A DNA stretch of 64,000 bases. Origin: Protoeuglena noctilucae (lineage: Eukaryota). The stretch spans positions 806,001 to 870,000 of the forward strand of contig OY253681.1 of assembly GCA_958009085.1 (NCBI GenBank), read 5' to 3'. This document shows positions 61,501 to 64,000 of this stretch, piece after piece. Both the position numbers and the translations under genes were made by a program. A model generated the notes under the pieces. That model made no database searches, had not been told where the DNA came from, and saw nothing but the letters and a program-made list of their open reading frames with translations. Position 1 is the first letter of the stretch. Each line of letters opens with the position of its first letter.

Positions 61501-64000
61501 GGTGGATGGGTGGTGGTGGATGGGGTGGGGTAGCAACCATTCATTAACACCCCATCTTTCATCCCCATCTCTCATCGTCTCTACTCACCCATATGACAGC
61601 ATCTTCATTTTTCATTATCTCTCCTCCTTCACACCGCAGATGGTGCAATTGGTTGCTTCTCATCTCTAGCACTGCTCCCCCCCACCGCAGACGGTGCAGG
61701 TGGCCGCGTTCCTGGGCAGCCTCCACCACTCCGGCCTCTACCGCCCCAGCCTGGTGGTGGCCCCTGCCACCGTGCTGCGTCAGTGGATGAGAGAATTGCA
61801 TCGATGGTACCCGGTGTTCCGCGTCTACGTCATGCACGACTCGATGAGGACGACGGGGGAAGCGACCCGGTGAGTGATATTACTGATAGAGAGTGATGGT
61901 GACTGTCATGCACGACTCGATGAGAGCAAGCGGAGAAGCGAGCTGGTGAGGGATGGGAGATGAGGGAGATTGCGTGAGAGTGAGAGTGAGAGTGTGCGTG
62001 ATGCACGACTCGATGAGAGCGCAGCGCAGTTCATATCCGTTGGCCCCTCCCCTCTCCATCGCCACCCCACCCCACCCCACCCCATCCACCACCCAACCCC
62101 CCCATTCACAGCGAAGCCAAAGAGCGTCTGTTGAGAGACGTTCTGGCAGAGGATTCTGGCATAGTGATTACTACCTACGAGCACGTGAAGCTGTTCGCGG
62201 ACGTGCTGCTCCCCGTCAGCTGGGGCTACGTGGTGTTGGACGAGGGTCACAAGATTCGAAACCCCGACGCGGACGTCACCGTGGTGTGCAAGCAGATGCG
62301 CACGGTGCACAGGTGAGGGCGGAGATGAGAGGGGGCGACACCAGTCAAGTGCACACAGAGATGCTCTTTCACTCACCCTCAACCCCAACCACCCACCCTT
62401 CACCCCCAGGCTCCTCCTCTCCGGCTCCCCCATTCAAAATTCCCTGGTGGAGCTCTGGTCTCTGTTTGACTTCGTCTTCCCCGGCCGGCTGGGCACCCTA
62501 CCCGTGTTCACGCAGCAGTTCGTGGACGCCATACAGGCGAGGAGTGATTAGTTACTAAATAGTGACTATTATCGTTTATATTTACTACTGATTTGCGGGA
62601 TGAGATGGTAACGCTTGCACTCCTCACCACCTTAACCACCCCATCTCCCACCACCCCATCCCTCACCCCCCACCCCTACACACAGAGCGGCGGCTACGTC
62701 AATGCCTCCAAGCTGCAAGTGGCCACCGCCTATCGGTGCGCTGTGGTGCTGCGCGACCTCATCGCCCCCTACCTCTTACGGCGGCTCAAATCGGACGTGT
62801 CGCTGCAGCTGCCCGACAAGACGGAGCACGTGCTCTTCTGCCAGCTCACGCCGGAGCAGAGGGCGCAGTACCTGGGTGAGTTGGATAGCAGCGCTAGTAA
62901 TGGCGATGGCAGTGCTTGGGTGAGTTGAATAGCAGTGATGGCAATACATGGGTGAGACAGTAGCTACATCAACGGTGGCATTTACCACAGCCATCACCGT
63001 CACGCATGCATGTTCCATTATCTTCCCACCCCCCCCCCCCCCCCCCCCCCCAAGCGTACCTGGGCACCTCCGAGGTGGCCCGCATCGTGAGCGGGGAGCT
63101 GCACGCGCTGGCGGGCATCGGGGTGTTGCGCAAGATATGCAACCACCCCGACTTGCTGAGCCGGGTGTCGATGGCGGGGGAGGCTGCGTATGGGGACCCG
63201 GAGAGGTCGGGGAAGCTGAGGGTCACGGCGAGGGTGCTGCAGATGTGGGCGGAGCAGGGGCACAGGTGAGGGGTATGGGTGGGGGTTGGTGCGGTTGGGG
63301 TTGTGACATGAGGGGTGGGGGTGAGATGAGGGGTGTTGTAGATGTGAGCAGAACCTCAATGCATGCACTTACCAGGAAGTGCAAAATGCACAGACCCCAC
63401 CTCTCACTCCCCCTCTCCCCCCCCACCCACGCAGAGCTCTGGTCTTCACGCAGACGCAGCAGATGCTCGACATCTTGGAGAAGGCCACGCAGTCGCTGGG
63501 GCTGCGGTACATGCGCATGGACGGCAACACGGCGGTGCGCGTGCGGGCGAGGATGGTCGACGTGTTTAACAGCGATGAGAGCATGGCGGTGTTCCTGCTC
63601 ACCACGCGCGTGGGGGGGCTGGGGGTCAATCTCACAGGTGAGGGATGGAGAGATGCGGAGATTGTGTATGTATTACTATTGTTATGATTGATATGTTTGA
63701 TACTCGTTGCTGCGGATGGCATCAGATTGGCGGTACAGATTGACACAGCCGCACGAGTCAAGCGCACATTCGCTCTTTTTGCACATGGGACGACTCAAAT
63801 TCCACAACACCATTGTACTTTACGTGTCAGTACACTCTACATGATATGCTATTGTGATATCCCATATCTATCGCAGGTGCCGACCGTGTCCTGCTCTACG
63901 ACCCCGACTGGAACCCCATGACGGACGTGCAGGCGCGGGAGAGGGCGTGGCGCGTGGGGCAGAGGCGGCAGGTCACCATCTACCGACTCATCACGAGCGG
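58538..64000 (+). CDS. ERCC6: SNF2-family ATPase ERCC6/CSB/RAD26 (CHR8-like), multi-exon, runs off the 3' edge
   Basis: [131 protein letters not shown]. Confidence 0.94.

Noticed and set aside
1..64000. Hundreds of long overlapping Pro/Arg/Ala/Gly-rich ORFs in the six-frame track
   Set aside because: Shadow frames caused by high GC content and few stop codons; they overlap spliced genes with recognisable motifs.
1..64000. Non-standard genetic code (TAR read as Gln, as in some ulvophytes)
   Set aside because: RadA, SOUL and LarB end at TAG at plausible positions, and no in-frame TAA/TAG was seen within conserved exons.
1..64000. Introner-type family of near-identical introns
   Set aside because: Introns share composition, but I could not see sequence similarity between introns of different loci; the repeats are local copies of adjacent exons.
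1..64000. tRNA, rRNA, transposase or reverse transcriptase genes
   Set aside because: None recognised by eye; a covariance-model or HMM scan would be needed to exclude small or degenerate ones.

Overview
This window is gene-dense, intron-rich, GC-rich eukaryotic nuclear DNA in the standard genetic code. It most likely comes from a flagellate green alga, inferred from the plastid-type genes (VDR, DHAR, SOUL, organellar RadA) and a KLP1/KIF9 kinesin. About 22 genes can be assembled by hand from spliced exons: WD40, SUMO, a Pro-rich unknown, an NAD(P)-binding protein, a lipase, RadA, Fcf2, KIF9, SOUL, ARMC6, an orphan ORF, MetAP1, a SET-domain protein, F-box/LRR, SFI1-like, an unknown, GST-zeta-like, LarB, a telobox Myb, DHAR, VDR and CSB/ERCC6. 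Most of the supplied six-frame ORFs are shadow ORFs. The gene content is mostly housekeeping; the unusual signal is in the intron architecture. (1) About 25 of roughly 100-110 introns use GC donors (AG|GCGAG). (2) Many introns are polarised, G-rich at the 5' end and C-rich at the 3' end. (3) Introns repeatedly carry short 'echo' copies of the adjacent exon-intron junction, and several echoes differ from the real exon only at synonymous positions. Genes also mostly alternate strand, forming eight divergent pairs. All gene models are manual and unverified by transcripts.
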